Assembly (NCBI GenBank): GCA_951406725.2
Contig: OX597823.1
Coordinates: 52,204,001-52,268,000 of the forward strand
Direction: 5' to 3'
DNA from: Octopus vulgaris
Taxonomy: Eukaryota
DNA length: 64,000 bases
The position numbers and the translations under genes were made by a program. Shown here piece by piece: positions 1 through 14,046 of this stretch (the first letter of the stretch is position 1; every line of letters starts with the position of its first letter). The notes under the pieces were generated by a model that saw nothing but the letters and a program-made list of their open reading frames with translations, was not told where the DNA came from and did no database searches.

Positions 1-178
1 AAGGCTTAGCAGCATTTCATCTATCTTTATGCTCTGAATTCAAATTCTGCTGAGGTCAACTTCGCTTTTCGTCCCTTCAGGCTTGATAGAAAAAAAAGTA
101 CCAGTCATTTACAGGGCTCAATGCAATTGACTTATCCCCACCCCAAAATAGCTGGCCTGGTCCCAAAATTTGAAATCA
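1..178 (+). mobile_element. SINE family A (tRNA-like head, Meta/MESC-like central domain), cut by window edge
   Basis: Shares TTCTGAGTTCAAATTC..GAGGTCRACTTTGCCTTTCATCCTTTCRGGGTCGAT..AAGTACCAG with many other copies in the window (8630, 8859, 9131, 28752, 34397, 51786, 60529). Confidence 0.8.
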
Positions 179-480
179 TTATCTTTTATTCTTTTCCCTA
201 CATCATACATATCATTAAAAAAAAAAAAACTTTTCACTTTCCATGCATTTACTTTGGCACTATATTTTTATATTCCAAGATGATATTTTAGCAACAAGTT
301 TTGTACGCACGAAAAAAATAAACCACAAAACATATTTCAAATTATATGTTGTATTTAGAAGATAAAAAGCACTGGTGTAGCTAGAATGTGTGCCACCATG
401 GGCAGCCTTTGAATCTGGTGACCCTTTGCTCCTCATACAGACTTATACAGTAGACCAAAAGGTGCCACCTGGGGAAGCAA

Positions 481-482
481 TT

Positions 483-539
<57 letters not shown>

Positions 540-620
540 GTCTGTCTGTCTGTCTGTCTGCCTGTCTGTCTGTCTGTCTGTCTATCTATGCATGTGTGTG
601 TGTATATATGTATATGAATG
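481..620. repeat. Compound (TATC)n/(TGTC)n/(TG)n microsatellite
   Basis: Directly visible; explains ORF 390..617. Confidence 0.95.
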
Positions 621-2584
621 TATGTATCCTCTGCTTATTGGTTACTTTCCCCTACCCCTGAACCATTTCCATTTCTTGTTATCTTAGTTTTTGATACAAT
701 GGTTGGCAGCGGGGTTAATATTTGCCAGTTTGAAAACCACTATTCCATTTAACACGATAAAAAATTAAAATGGCCAAGAAGCTAAAGAAATGCTAATTAG
801 CTTCTGCGGCAATAGAATTGTTACTGGCATTGAAAACAACAAATACGGTTTGAGGGATGATTCTGAAAAGTCTTCAGTCAAAATGTCATATATTACAAAT
901 TGCTTTCATTGGCAATAAAATCTATCTGCAAATCTACTAATAGCAGTACAGCCTGAGAGTAGGGTTCTGATTTATGCTACAGTAGTAAAATACAACTTGT
1001 TGTTTATCTGATGAAATACTAAGTCTTTACATAGCCAGTACTAAGTGCCAGCAAACATAATCCATTAGACAAGGAAATAAATGAGAAGCCTAGGATACAG
1101 TGACAAAATAGTTTTCTGCTAAAACATCTCTTGCATTGATAAGCATCTGTTGGACAAATGTGAGCTTCAGATTTATCATGTCTGACATTGTTTTATTGGC
1201 AGCTCTGCTTAACTGATTGTCTCTATCATGTTAGATGAGTTGTGACCTGCTTTCAGTTGACACATGACATGATAAAAACAGTGAATATTAACTGTTACTC
1301 AAGCTTTGCATTGTAAAGCAACAAAGGAATTATAAACAGCGCTGACAACTTCTCTTTTCTCACACTGCCGATATCTAACAGTGTTCTTTAGAAACAAATT
1401 GATAAACTGACAGAAAAGTTCCTACTAGATCGTCCAACCATTTATCATGAGTCTAAATAAAATGACATTGACAATATATAAGGATTATTTTTCTCAGAAA
1501 GAGATGCATTACATGTTATAGCGAGAGATGAAGCTTATTACATGATTACCGTAAAGAAGATTTAGAGTAGTGATATTACTTTTTAAGTGGTATTACATGG
1601 AAAGGGTTGAGTGTACAACCTTTTGGACCATAGAAGCAAGGGTAGATTCAATTATTGATCTCTGACTTGAAATGTAATAAGCCAAGACTTGCTATGAATG
1701 TTACTTCATGTAAATGTATGTTGAGAGGAATAAATCATGAAGAAAACAACAACTGCCACATCTAAAACATTCTGTCAAAGTGAATTAAACATAAAAATAA
1801 TGGTGCAAACATCTGATGGATTTTAAGTCAGTTACTTTTACATGAGTTAAACTATAAATACAGAGTATTTTGTTTTATAATAAATATTAAATTAAGGGAA
1901 ATGATACACTGTAGCAGATAGATTTAGTGCCTAACATTGTATTTTTGTTCCAATGTTTGTGACAAGCACTATAAATCAGTAGCTCTCTGACAAATTGAAC
2001 CAACAAATCAGTTTTGATTTCTGATCAGGACTGCTGCCTTAACGTGGTGTTTTTATTATTATTTTTTTTCTTATATTCTTTCCATAATTCCAGTGTATAA
2101 GCTCCACAAACTGATAGCAAGCTCCCAGAAAAAGCCAACCACGAGAGTTTATGTTGATTCTCAGTTCCAGACATTACTGGAACGTTTGGAGATGGGTGAT
2201 CTCTGGGAGACTAGCATTTCTTTTGGCAAACTATATGGAGAAACGGAGAGGAATTATTTGGTGGTGTTCCATACTTTTTGTTTTGCAAGCCAAAGACTTT
2301 GTGTCAAATTAGGAAATTGTTGTTATTAAAAGTAGCACAATCACTGCAACAATACAAAATTGAAGTATATTTACCTCACAGAAGTATTTGAAATGAACAT
2401 CTCACATTAACCCTTAATATTATTTCAAATATACTTCTAATAGCTTTCTAAATTCTTATCAACTAGAAATACCTTCTCTGCCCTTCTTGGGTCATTTCCT
2501 ACATAATTCCTATAGCTCAATTACTTATAGTTCTATTATATATTAAAAGTTAGTTTTTAATCTTTGCATGTGCATACATATATA

Positions 2585-2874
2585 TATAATGAATGAGGGA
2601 AACAAAATGGATTTAGCAAAAATCTTTATTCAGCACAACGATCGTTTCAACCCATCCTGCATCTGTCCTTTACAAGTGGGATATAGTATATAGTGCATCT
2701 AGTTGTGTTGCATCCATCAATGCAGGCTGTGTCTCATCAGGTGTTGTCTGATGTAAATAAGATATACTGAGATTCGCTTGGCATGTTGTTGTTTCCCGCT
2801 GTGTTGGCTACACTGGCATAGGATGGAATAAAGATCCTTGCTAAATCCATTTTCCATTTCCCTCGTTCATTATA
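2585..2874 (-). mobile_element. Short element with ~47-bp terminal inverted repeats enclosing a hammerhead motif (Penelope-like, non-autonomous)
   Basis: TATAATGAATGAGGGAAACAAAATGGATTTAGCAAAAATCTTTATTC (2585-2631) is the near reverse complement of 2826-2874; starts at a (TA)n run. Confidence 0.65.
2631..2746 (-). ncRNA. Type I hammerhead ribozyme motif, long stem II, slightly decayed
   Basis: Minus strand: CAACAC-CTGATGA-GACACAGCCTGCAT...ATGCAGGATGGGTT-GAAAC-GATC-GTT-GTGCTG, then AATAAA. Stem III region AACGATCGTT is a perfect palindrome; one stem I mismatch. Confidence 0.7.
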
Positions 2875-4649
2875 AATTTAACAAACACTGTAGGATTCCT
2901 GACATAGATCTAGTGACAATTATATCATAACTGTAGATGACATCAGATAGCCTAAATGGTTAAAGTGCTCTAATCGACATACTACTAGCCATCTACCCCA
3001 AGTCCAAATAACTACCTCTGTGTGTGTGTGTGTGTGTGTGTATACACACACTATCCTATAGTCAGTTGTTATGATTATGACAATTCATGATGCTGGCATA
3101 ACTTGACAAGCTTTCTCCATACTGGTCATATTTTCGCTTGTGTTTACCATTTATACATATTGTGTTTGCATAAGCAAATTCTTTTCATGTAGAAAAACAA
3201 GTGCAAATAATTTTGGTTGAGCCATCATTCCTACTATATGTTATGCACTTAGAATGATTTGAAGTTAGCACTTCCGCTTAATAAAATGCTTGTTGATTTT
3301 ACAATTCTGCCACCTCATATAACAAGCAGTTGCTCTCACACTCTTGTCACTTATACTGTGAACTGGGCCATTTCAAAGCAAACTAACTCAACAAGGTTCT
3401 GATGGTAGGATACAAACTTGTTCTGTCAAGTGGTTGTCCACTATGCTATCAAGTAAATTCAGGTGTCTGAGGAAAATGAAGTGAAGGCAGTCTGCATTCG
3501 CAAAAGTTAATCAATAAATGTTCGTAAAGCAAAAATAAGTATCAGAAGTTGATTGGATGTGAGGAGCGAGAAATCAAATGTCTTACACACCTTTTTTTTT
3601 TTTTATAGAGACAGTATATCAAAGTCTTAATGTCATAGTTTAGTTGTGAAATTGCAAATGAGAAATAGAAAAGGTGAAGGAATGCTGTGGTAAAGAATTG
3701 TCGGGGAAAGAAGAGGAAAGGCTAGTGTTACGCAATAGAACCTATGTACACACAGCTAAATTGGAAGGAGATTAAGCTATCAGTCAAAATTTGTCTCCTC
3801 TTATAAGAGGAGTTTCTACTCTTATACAAGAAAGTGCTGAAAAGTTCCAGGATTGGGGTAAAAGAAAATACAGGAGGCTCTGATGATGATGTAATATATC
3901 TGTTATCATTTTCTTTCACTTGTTTCAATCAATAGACTATGACCATGCTTGAAGAGATTTAGAAAAAAGTAGAAAGATATATTTTTTCAACACATAAATA
4001 CCGAACAGTATATATAAAGGATAAAATCCTTTTAAGTGCAGAAAAATTTGCCGGCAAACTTTTCTGCTCTATATATATGTATATGTGCATACATGTAAAT
4101 ATATGCATATGTTGATTTCTCTGTATGTGTGTATTAGGAATGCACTTGGTTGGAGTGGGTTCATGACTGACTTGTGTTACTTCTAAATTTGCTACACCAT
4201 GCCATTCCCCAAATTTTTATACATTTATTTGTATGCAGCCAGGAGGACAAGTGGGGATCATTGCAGACAAATTGATAGCTTTAATTTATAACTTGGCGTC
4301 AGCATTATTGATCAGCAAAGAGGAAACTAATATGGGTCTTATTCATAGAAAATTGACAAAGATATCATAATTAATGTAGTTTGTCTATTGAAATAAAAGC
4401 TTAAAGTTTAAGGAAAGTAATTGACAAAATCGTGGAAATAGTAGCATTCATCAAGAATTTATAAGGGGCCTTGTGCACTAAGGTGCACTTGATGAGGACA
4501 CATATTTGTGGAGTGTGTGTAGGTTCTGTCTATGTATACACATACATATACATATATATATATCCATACACACATACATACACAGTATATATACATACAT
4601 ATATATCTGTATATGTACATTCATACATACATACATATATACATATATA

Positions 4650-4700
<51 letters not shown>

Positions 4701-4891
4701 TGTGTCTTTTGTTGTTCGAAAGAATAGTTCATGTTCCATGTACTCGTGCTTCATATTTTTTTGTTGTACATGTTTTGTGACGTCCTGTGCCCACATGTGC
4801 ATATATATATGTATAGATAGATATAAGTATGTACATATACGTATGTATTTATGCATATATATATATATATATATGTATATATATCTGTAGT

Positions 4892-5269
4892 GAAAATTTT
4901 CCTGATCATATAACCCCTAATATTCGGCCTCCTAATTTCCCAGATCTCAATCCATTGGACTATCACATGTGGAGCGTTGTTGAGTGAGAGGTCAATGAAC
5001 ATGCCCATAATACCAAAGATTCTTTGAAAGCTGCCATAGTCAGAGTAATGTCTCAAATGAACCAGGACCACTTGATTCGAGCATGCAGATGATATAGATC
5101 TCATACAGAAGCAGTTATTGATGCTGAAGGTGGCTTTATTGAATAATATTATAGGAATGAAGCTTTATTTTTATCCTCATAGCATTTTTTGATAACTAAA
5201 ATTATCTGTTATTATATATCTGTTTTTTTAATAAACATCAGTCTGTCCTCATATAGCTTATGCACCCTG
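4892..5269 (+). mobile_element. 3' fragment of Tc1/mariner-superfamily (maT/DD37D-like) transposon with right TIR
   Basis: Frame from 4892 reads ENFPDHITPNIRPPNFPDLNPLDYHMWSVVE*EVN...CR*YRSHTEAVIDAEGGFIE* (xPPNSPDLNPLDY motif, two in-frame TGA); ends GCACCCTG followed by TA. Confidence 0.85.
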
Positions 5270-5307
5270 TATATGTATATATATATATGTGTGTGTATAT
5301 ATACACT

Positions 5308-5354
<47 letters not shown>

Positions 5355-5388
5355 ACACATGCATTCACACACATACACACACATATAA

Positions 5389-5425
<37 letters not shown>

Positions 5426-6242
5426 GAAATTAATAAATATCAGGAGAACAGAAATTTACACATGCTAGCCACCAGGATTATATATCCCTTGGAACCATTT
5501 TTGGAAACATACATAGTCCAAGATGTCAAAGTGGCAAATTTTCTGTTTGTTTACTTCATCATATGTTTTGATATATAGCATTGTTTGTTTCATTTATGCC
5601 TTTTTTTAATCAGTGATAATATACATTCTGTTTTTAGGGCTCTTTGAAAGTTTTGTTGTTTTGAAGTGTTTGAAAAAGTGCCAAAATCTTTACATTTTTA
5701 ATCAAGTTGATTAAGTCTGTTTCAAAATATTGGTGTGAAACACAAATCAACCTGTTCAACATCGTGGACTTTTACACTTCCACATTTAATTTCCTTCTTC
5801 TGAAATCCCTATTCTATGAGAGACAATACACTGGGATTTATGTTTGAGGCATCAGAATAATGATGGTTGCTTGAAGGTCACTCTTGCATCATACTTGTTC
5901 TTACAAGGTCAAAACAGAAGGTGACCCTTCTATATTTGACCTCTGCATCAAAAGTTGTTGGATAGATGTCAAAAATTTCATTGGATATCTATACAGGACA
6001 CCAATAAGAAGCATACTTCGCCCTGTAGGGCAATCTTGTACAGAAGATTCTGTCTTTTTAAGAACATGTGGGGGCTCTTTACTGGCTAACTTTAAACCAC
6101 CACCTGTTAATGCTGTCTCTTAACATCTTACTATAATTCTGTCCGTTGCTTTCTTCAGAATCCTTTTAAAGGATGGCTCTTATTCCACCTGATAGCATTT
6201 CAAGACACTACTTGCAGATAATAATGTCAAGGGAAATTTATC

Positions 6243-6396
6243 TGGTTGGCGTTAGGAAGGGCATCCAGCTGTAGAAACATTGCCAGATAAGACTGGAGCC
6301 TAGTGCAGCCTTCTGGCTTCCAAGATCCCCGGTCGAACCGTCCAACCCATGCTAGCATGGAGAACGGACGTTAAACGATGATGATGATGATGATGA
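6243..6396 (+). mobile_element. SINE family C, 5'-truncated, RTE-type tail with (GAT)n
   Basis: GGTTGGCGTTAGGAAGGGCATCCAGCTGTAGAAAC...CCAACCCATGCTAGCATGGAGAACGGACGTTAAACGATGATGA; TTTATC on both flanks (possible TSD). Confidence 0.85.
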
Positions 6397-7512
6397 TTTA
6401 TCAAATGTGCTCCTTCAGGTTCAGGAAATCCATGACCAGGAAATCATTTCCAGACAGCACAATCTAAGGCATTCTGGAGAAAGTTCATCTGCTCAGAAAA
6501 TATTGCTGTCATTCTTGTCTCAGTGAAAAACTGCACATTTTGCAACAGTTAAATATATATTTTAAGAAAGAAACTGAGCTACTAAGCTGTTAGCTTTCAT
6601 AAACTTTCTTGGATACCAGCATTAACGTTCTATAATCCATTGCAATGCTTCATAGACTTTTATGATTGTAATATCACCATTCAGAACAATAAAAGCTACT
6701 TCTTCACATGATACATCAGACTTCTACCAGTGATCCTACTATTAGCAAGTAGCAATCCCTATTCAGTAGCATTCAGCTGTCAATAGCAGTTACAGTCACC
6801 TAACAGCCAATGTATGTCAACATCTACCAATTACACTTGGGTGATCTAATGATCTAACCAACTAATGAGAATGATAGTCATGCATCATTCAATGGTAACC
6901 AGCTTTAACTGGAAGGTAGGAAAGATTTGCTATTCAGCAGCAGGCATTCAAAGACTCAGAAATATTTTTCTTAATTCTGGGAAAGTTTAAGTGAAGCAGT
7001 TCTGAGTTAACTTCATAATAAGTTAAAGTGATGATAAAAACTACTTAATTCAAAGTGGTAATAAACGCTACTTTTTGGTTTGTATACTGCTTCTATCTTT
7101 GACAGAGACTTTCAAACAGACTAGTTTTCTAGTTACAAGATCAGTGATTGTATGACACTGTATTTTCTATCTATTGCAAGCGAGGTCAGACTAATACCAT
7201 GCTTGACAAATGAATGCACACCACTAAAATGATCCAATAGGACCAAAATCACATGATCCTATGGTCTCTGAGTTAGGGTGGTCAGAGTTCTCTCCCACTT
7301 GCAATGAATATCGAGTGCAAAATTGCACTGAATGACCAGCTGGAGGAGATGCCTTCTTGGGGGTAAAATAGCAGTATCGTTGGTTATTAGAGAACACACT
7401 CATTAAAGTGACAATAAACACTATTTTGTAATAAATATAAACTTCATAAAATCTCTCGAGCATTCTGTCCTTTCATTTGCAGATCTATCTCTCTTCTCTC
7501 TCCTTCTCTCTT

Positions 7513-7558
<46 letters not shown>

Positions 7559-8629
7559 GGTGTGTGTATACACATACACACACATACATATGTATATATA
7601 TATATAGTTAGCATTGTAATGTGTAGTTATAATAATAAGCATTGACAATAAAAGTAGATTTGATCAACTGCTCAAGCAGATACTCTACCAGACACATTTC
7701 TTAAGGTAAAAATACTTTTGTAAATGTTGTTTTTAATGAATAAATGACTCTTTATAGCTTTGGCATTATCATAAGCAGAAATTGACTTATTCTATATGGA
7801 TATTCTGAGGTAGACATATAGAACTCTTAAAGATATCTACTGGAGACTATTTTTACATTGAAATTAACAGAGAAAATATATCAAGAATTAGACTGGTTTT
7901 GATTGAGAGTACCACTAACAATAATGATGATATTATTGCAACAATATGAGAAACTGTGCTGTGAACAATATTATTTGTTCTGGCGAATGCAGATATTTGT
8001 CTTTAGCACTGTAAAAAGTATATTTGTTTTGGTCATATATTGAAGACTTAAGGGTCAGTAATTTTAAGAATCCAAATGCTAAAGCTGGGTAGAGTGATTC
8101 TTCTATTTGTACCATCAGTATCATCAATATAGTATAGGAGGCAATAATTGTAATTAAAATAATAGATATGATAGCATCTGCTTTTTGATTGATTCTGATA
8201 TCAATGAGATATATTAGGGTCAACATTAGTTCAGTAGGCCTTGGCTATAACTACTGCTTTATCTGGCACACATATTATATTGACTCATCTTGTGTCTGCA
8301 TAATTGAAATTTATTTGAATCATTCTAAATTGAATCAATTGTCAAATATTTTCAATATAATGCTTGTAAATATTTCATAATTAATAGAAATAATTAATGA
8401 TTGTATCATTCATAGTTCTTCCTTGGTAATTATAAAATGACTTTCGCAAATTAATTATTGGTAAATAGTTTGTAATTATTAATTATTATTTTTAAAAGAT
8501 AAAGCATTGACTAAAGATGCAAAGATGCCATTGAATAAGAAAGGATTCAAATGAAGTTTCCAGCAAATCAATACAATAGAAGATCTACTGAGAATAACAA
8601 TATAGTTTGTTTATTATTATAGTGTCCCT

Positions 8630-9072
8630 AAGGTGGTGAGCTGGCAGAAACATTAGCATACCAGGTGAAATGCTTTGCAGTATTTTGTCAGTCTTTACGT
8701 TCTGAGTTCAAATTCCACTGAGGTTGGCTTTGCCTTTCAACCTTTCAGGGTCGATAAATTAAGTACCAGTTACATATTGAGCTCAGTCTAATCGATTAGA
8801 ACCCCACTCCTCAAAAATTTTGGCCCTAGAGTAGAAAAGATTATTATAATATCTATAAAGGAGGCAACAAACTGGCAAAATCGTTAGCATGCCAAACAAA
8901 ATGCTAACAGCATTTCATCTGTCTTTACATTCTGAGTTCAAATTCTGCCGAGGTACATTTTGCCTTTCATATTTTCAGGGTCGATGAAATAAATACCAGT
9001 TACACACTGGCTCAATGTAATAGACTAACCCCTTCCCTCAAAATTTCAGGCCTTGTGCCTATAGTAGAAAGG

Positions 9073-9131
<59 letters not shown>

Positions 9132-9316
9132 AGGCAGTGAGCTGGCAGAATTGTTAGCACACCGGGCAAAATGCATAGCAGTATTTTGCTCATTGCTACT
9201 TTCTGAGTTCAAATTCCACCGAGGTCAACTTTGCTTTCATCTTTTCAGGATCGATGAAATAAATACCAGTTGAGTACTGGGATCAATGTAATCGACTATC
9301 ACCCTCCCCCAAATTA
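8630..9316 (+). mobile_element. Three head-to-tail copies of SINE family A (about 8630-8847, 8859-9128, 9131-9316)
   Basis: Each starts AAGGYRGYGAGCTGGCAGAA-like and carries the GAGTTCAAATTC B-box; separated by (ATT)n tails. Confidence 0.9.
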
Positions 9317-9321
9317 CATAT

Positions 9322-9692
9322 ATGTGCAGGAGTGGCTGTGTGGTAAGAAGCTTGCTTCCCAGCCACATGGTTATGGGTTCAGTCCCACTGTGTTGCACTT
9401 TGGGCAAGTTTCTTCTACTATAGCCTTAGGCTGACCAAGCTTTGTGAGTGTATTTGGAAGATGGAAACTGAAAGAAGCCCATCCTATATATATGTGAGTG
9501 TGTGTGTAAATATTTGTGTGTGTGTGTCTTTATGGCTGTGTTTGTTCAACCCCCACCATCGCTTGACAGCTGATAGAATAAGTACTAGGCTTACAAAGAA
9601 TAAGTCCTGGAGTTGATTTGTTCAACTAAAAGTGATGCTCCAGCGTAGCCACAGTCAAATGACTGAAACCAGTAAAAGAAGAATAAAAGAAT
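9322..9692 (+). mobile_element. SINE family B (~400 bp, tRNA-derived, CORE-like segment, internal (TA)/(TG) microsatellite)
   Basis: GCAGGAGTGGCTGTGTGGTAAG..GGTTCAGTCCC..TTGGGCAAG..GCTCCAGC..CAAATGACTGAAAC; resembles described octopus tRNA-derived SINEs (OK/OR type, exact family not assigned). Confidence 0.85.
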
Positions 9693-9761
9693 ATACATAT
9701 ACATATATAGAGAGACAGACAGACAGACTGACAGACAGATATAGATAGATAGATAGATAGG

Positions 9762-9837
<76 letters not shown>

Positions 9838-10080
9838 CGGACGCAAATAAGAAGGCATGGAATAAATAACACAGCTTTATTTTAGTAACAATTGTATCTG
9901 TATGGCTCCATTTCTAACCACATTACATATAAACGATTCCATGTGAAAAGTTACACAATATATAAGATTGATTATATCCTAGTGTCACTTCATCAGACTA
10001 GCATTAAGTTGTGTGTCTTTGTATACATACATACATATACATACAAACATACAAACATACATATACATACATACATACAT

Positions 10081-10123
<43 letters not shown>

Positions 10124-11335
10124 CATATATGTATATATGCATATATATGTGTATGTGTATACATATATACGTCAAACTCATTCATATACAGACACACGCA
10201 CAAAGGAGACATTATAGTAATCAATTCTATCCATGGTCTCCCTTTATTTCATATAACGGGTATCACTATACATTGAATTGGCATTACTTCTATTGAATAT
10301 ATCCTCCTTATCATACAGGAAAATTAGCTTTAAACCCTCTAAAGCAGTCAATTTCTTCATTAGATGTCATAACTACACTTACTATAGCAAACGTTTTGGA
10401 CAATTCCTTTTCGAAAGAGACAAAGGACAAATAAACAAATCTTTGAATGTAATGAGCTGCTAAACTAGTATATAATGCACACAGATAAATTGATACTATT
10501 TAGGGGATATAATCCTCTCCTATTGGTAGTATTCTTATTTATTATAATATATTGCAAAAGAGTAAAGGTTTAGCTGCTGCACATCATATTTGAACCACAG
10601 CCTCTAAATCGTTGCAATCAAATTTGAATTTTAAAATTATTCAGCATGTTCTACCTTCTTTTCAACTTATGATGGAAATATGAGAATAAATTTTGATAGA
10701 TTAAGAAGAAAATTGTTGGTTAGCAAGTGGAGCTGATAAATGTTTTTAAGAGAACACTTTTAAAGCAGCAATTTAGAATTATAGAAATAAACTGTTTGTA
10801 CAATGGGAAGTTGAAAGATATGAAAGAAATGCATTAAGAAGATAGATTCGCTGGGAAATAAGGATGAAGCCATTTCAAATAAAGTTTCCTGAAATGTAAT
10901 AATTTGATTGAAGAAAGAAGCAAATGGAATGAATAAGAGAAAAAGTAAGGAATATGAAAACATAAGAGGCGAAATAAAATAAAACCTCCATGATGCAATA
11001 ATTTATCATGTGATATTTCAAACTGAATGAATAAAGCACTCTAAATACTCTAATAATTTTCAATGAAACTGCTTTTCTTGATGTTTAAAGATTGCAGTCC
11101 ATCCAATTATGAAAAACTGTTGCTGGTGTTAAAATACAGCAAAGTTTCAGTTCGCTGATCAACTAAAGAATTTTGTGTATAGCTGATCGCTAGTACTGTG
11201 TTACATTAAGAATAAAGTACCAAATAACCTGTGCTCATACTTGGTAATAGAGAAAATTAAAACTTAAAGAGAACAACTTGGATATAACATACTAAAGCTA
11301 ATGAGGAACTCAACATGTAATTAAATAATCCTGTA

Positions 11336-11580
11336 TCATCATCATCATCATTTAACAGCCATCTCTCCTGCTGGCATGGGTTGGCTGGTTTGACCAGAGC
11401 TGGCAAGCCAGAGAACTGGGCCAGGCTCCATTGTCTGTTTTGGCACAGTTTTAGAGTTGCATGCTCTTCTTTATGTCAATCACTCTACAGAGTGTACTGG
11501 GTGCCTTTAACTCGGCACCAGCACCAGTGCTTTTTACATGGCACCAGCAATGATGGAATCACCAAGTAACTTGCAAGACA
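11336..11580 (-). mobile_element. SINE family C / RTE 3'-end copy
   Basis: (CAT)n-TTTAAC..TGCTGGCATGGGTTGG and degenerate GGTGCYTTTTACATGGCACCAGCA units. Confidence 0.75.
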
Positions 11581-13645
11581 AAGACCTCTTAACAGAGAGG
11601 GTAAGTTGTATTGAAGGAGTTAGTCTAGTGCCAGTTGGGAGGTCAAAGTATAACCGAGGGATACAGGATAGATGTCTTGCTACATTGCTGCACTTGTTGG
11701 AAAGGTAAGAAAAGAGAGAGATAGTTAAAGAGAAAGATGGAGAGATGGGGAGGGAGAATAATAGAGCGGGATAGATGATAATGGAGACGTGACAGGACAT
11801 ACCTTCAAATATGTTGGACGTGTATATAAGTGAAGTGAGACAGGATTTGACGGTGAATGGGCAGGAGTAGTACTGAGGTATGTTACATAAAAGTGTGAGG
11901 GGAGATGGTTATAGATGGAGAAGAGGTGACTGTAGCAAGTGAAGATGAGAGATATAGGAATGACTCTGGGTGGGGGTGGGTCTATGAAAAATATGTGAGG
12001 GTATTGAAAATGAAAGCAGAATAAAGGATAAGGACAGAGTCTAAGGATGGAAAAAGCAGGATAAAGGGTAAGGCTGGAGTATGGCTGAAGGCACAGAAAG
12101 AAGGTGAAATCATCTTTCTATGCCTTCAGCCATTGTTTCTTTATCCCTCTGCTGTTTAGGTAAAATATTTTCACATGAAAATGAAAGCCTAATGCATAGA
12201 AATAATATCCACAAACACCAATAGTATTTGTTTTATCTATTAAAATAAATCATCATGTGATTTTTCTCTAAGACCCTATTCAGTACATCAACCTCAGCAG
12301 TAATTCAACTTACTAAAAACAGGAAAAGCTGACCTTAAGACACAACCTGTAAAATATATGCATGGTTATCACTAGTAATTGTGGATTACTTAGCATCCAC
12401 ATTTTCCAAGCTTTTGCTAAGTGTTTCAGGTGCCCATATTATCCCAAACTGACACAGACACCCTTTTTGCCTCCCTATCATTAATCCAGGAAAACATCCA
12501 GGATAGTGACAGGGAAAGAGAAAGCTACACTAGCTGATGTTTTATTTATTGCAAAAGGACATAAAGCCAAATTGAATGCAGCAGAACTTGAACACAGAGT
12601 ACAGAAAGCTTAAATAAATATCATAACACATTTCATTTAATGTTCTGCTAACCAACTGCCTAAAATGATACCTTATTATCTTAAAAAATGTAAGTAGAAA
12701 TACATGTATCTTGGATAACGTGATCCTAGTCTAAGAGGAAAATATGGGATTATTACAGCTTTATTGCATTTTATCAAAGTTCTGCAGGTTTAGGTATGGC
12801 CAGGAATGAAACAATAATAACCAAAACAATTCCTTTTACTTGATTTGGTTCTTTCTAGAGGAATCACAGGTATCCCTAAATTTCACGGATTGTCATTGAT
12901 CATATATTGCTTGTCCCTTTCCCAAATTTACAAAGGAAGCTAACTTAAATAATATCTCTCCTTGTTATATCCACCATCTAAAGTCATTATTTGGTCAACA
13001 TTTTGACATGCTGAAATAATGACTAGTTTTACAAGGCTGACCCAAAATTGAAATTACAGTTCACTAGAAATCTGACCAAGCTTAACATTCTGGATTAAAA
13101 GAGAGATAATGACCCTGGTAGTACAGATATTTGGACATGATAATTTATTCAGATCTTGTTATTGAACTACCTAACATGATTTTTTTAAATATATTTCTTT
13201 ATCCTTACTTTTAGACACCATACTCTGCCACAAAACAAAGGGTTCTTTCATTTCAGTGCTTAATGTTATGGCTATTATGAAAGAGCACATTAGTGACTAG
13301 AAAAAGACTCTTGCTAGATCTGCTTACTGACAAAAATTACCACAGAGCTACTTTTCTGCTTGTTTACCAGCAAACACCAAACCAGTATAAAAGGGACACT
13401 ATATGACTACTCAGACTGCTAAAATTAGCAACAACTCTCTCTCAGATCATCTTGCAATCTTCAAATTAGAAAAAAATATCTGCAGAAATATTGCCTTATG
13501 CAGACTATTTCTGGAAACAGAAAGATAATCAGAGTTAGAATGTCTTTGATATCATAGCTCTGTTTGATTAGGACAGACTTGGTAGTTAAATGACTACACC
13601 AGCCCTTCATGTAGATGGTCATTTGTGACATCGTTGCATACACTC

Positions 13646-14046
13646 TTTATTCTTTTTACTCTTTTACTTGTTTCAGTCACTTGACTGTGGCCATGCTAGA
13701 GCACCGCCTTTAGTTGCGCAAAGTGACCCAGGACTAATTCTTTGTAAGCCTAGTACTTATTCTATCGGTCTCTTTTGCTGAGCCGCTAAGTTGTGGGGAC
13801 GTAAACACACCAGCATCGGTTGTCAAGCGATGTTGGGGGGGACAGACACAGACACACAAATGTATACACACACACATACATATATGTATGTATACATATA
13901 TATGAAGGGTTTCTTTCAGTTTATGTCTACCAAATCCACTCACAAGGCTTTGGTCGCCACGGGGCTATAGTAGAAGACATTTGCCCAAGATGCCACACAG
14001 TGGGAAAGAACCCGGAACCTTGTGGTTCATAAGCAAGCTACTTATA
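13646..14046 (-). mobile_element. SINE family B, near full length
   Basis: Reverse complement of the copy at 35209-35621 over ~400 bp. Confidence 0.9.

Noticed and set aside
5640-6240. Coding-looking stretch (ORF 5884-6123 and its antisense frame)
   Set aside because: No recognisable motif and frames are closed by stops; may be an old transposon relic.
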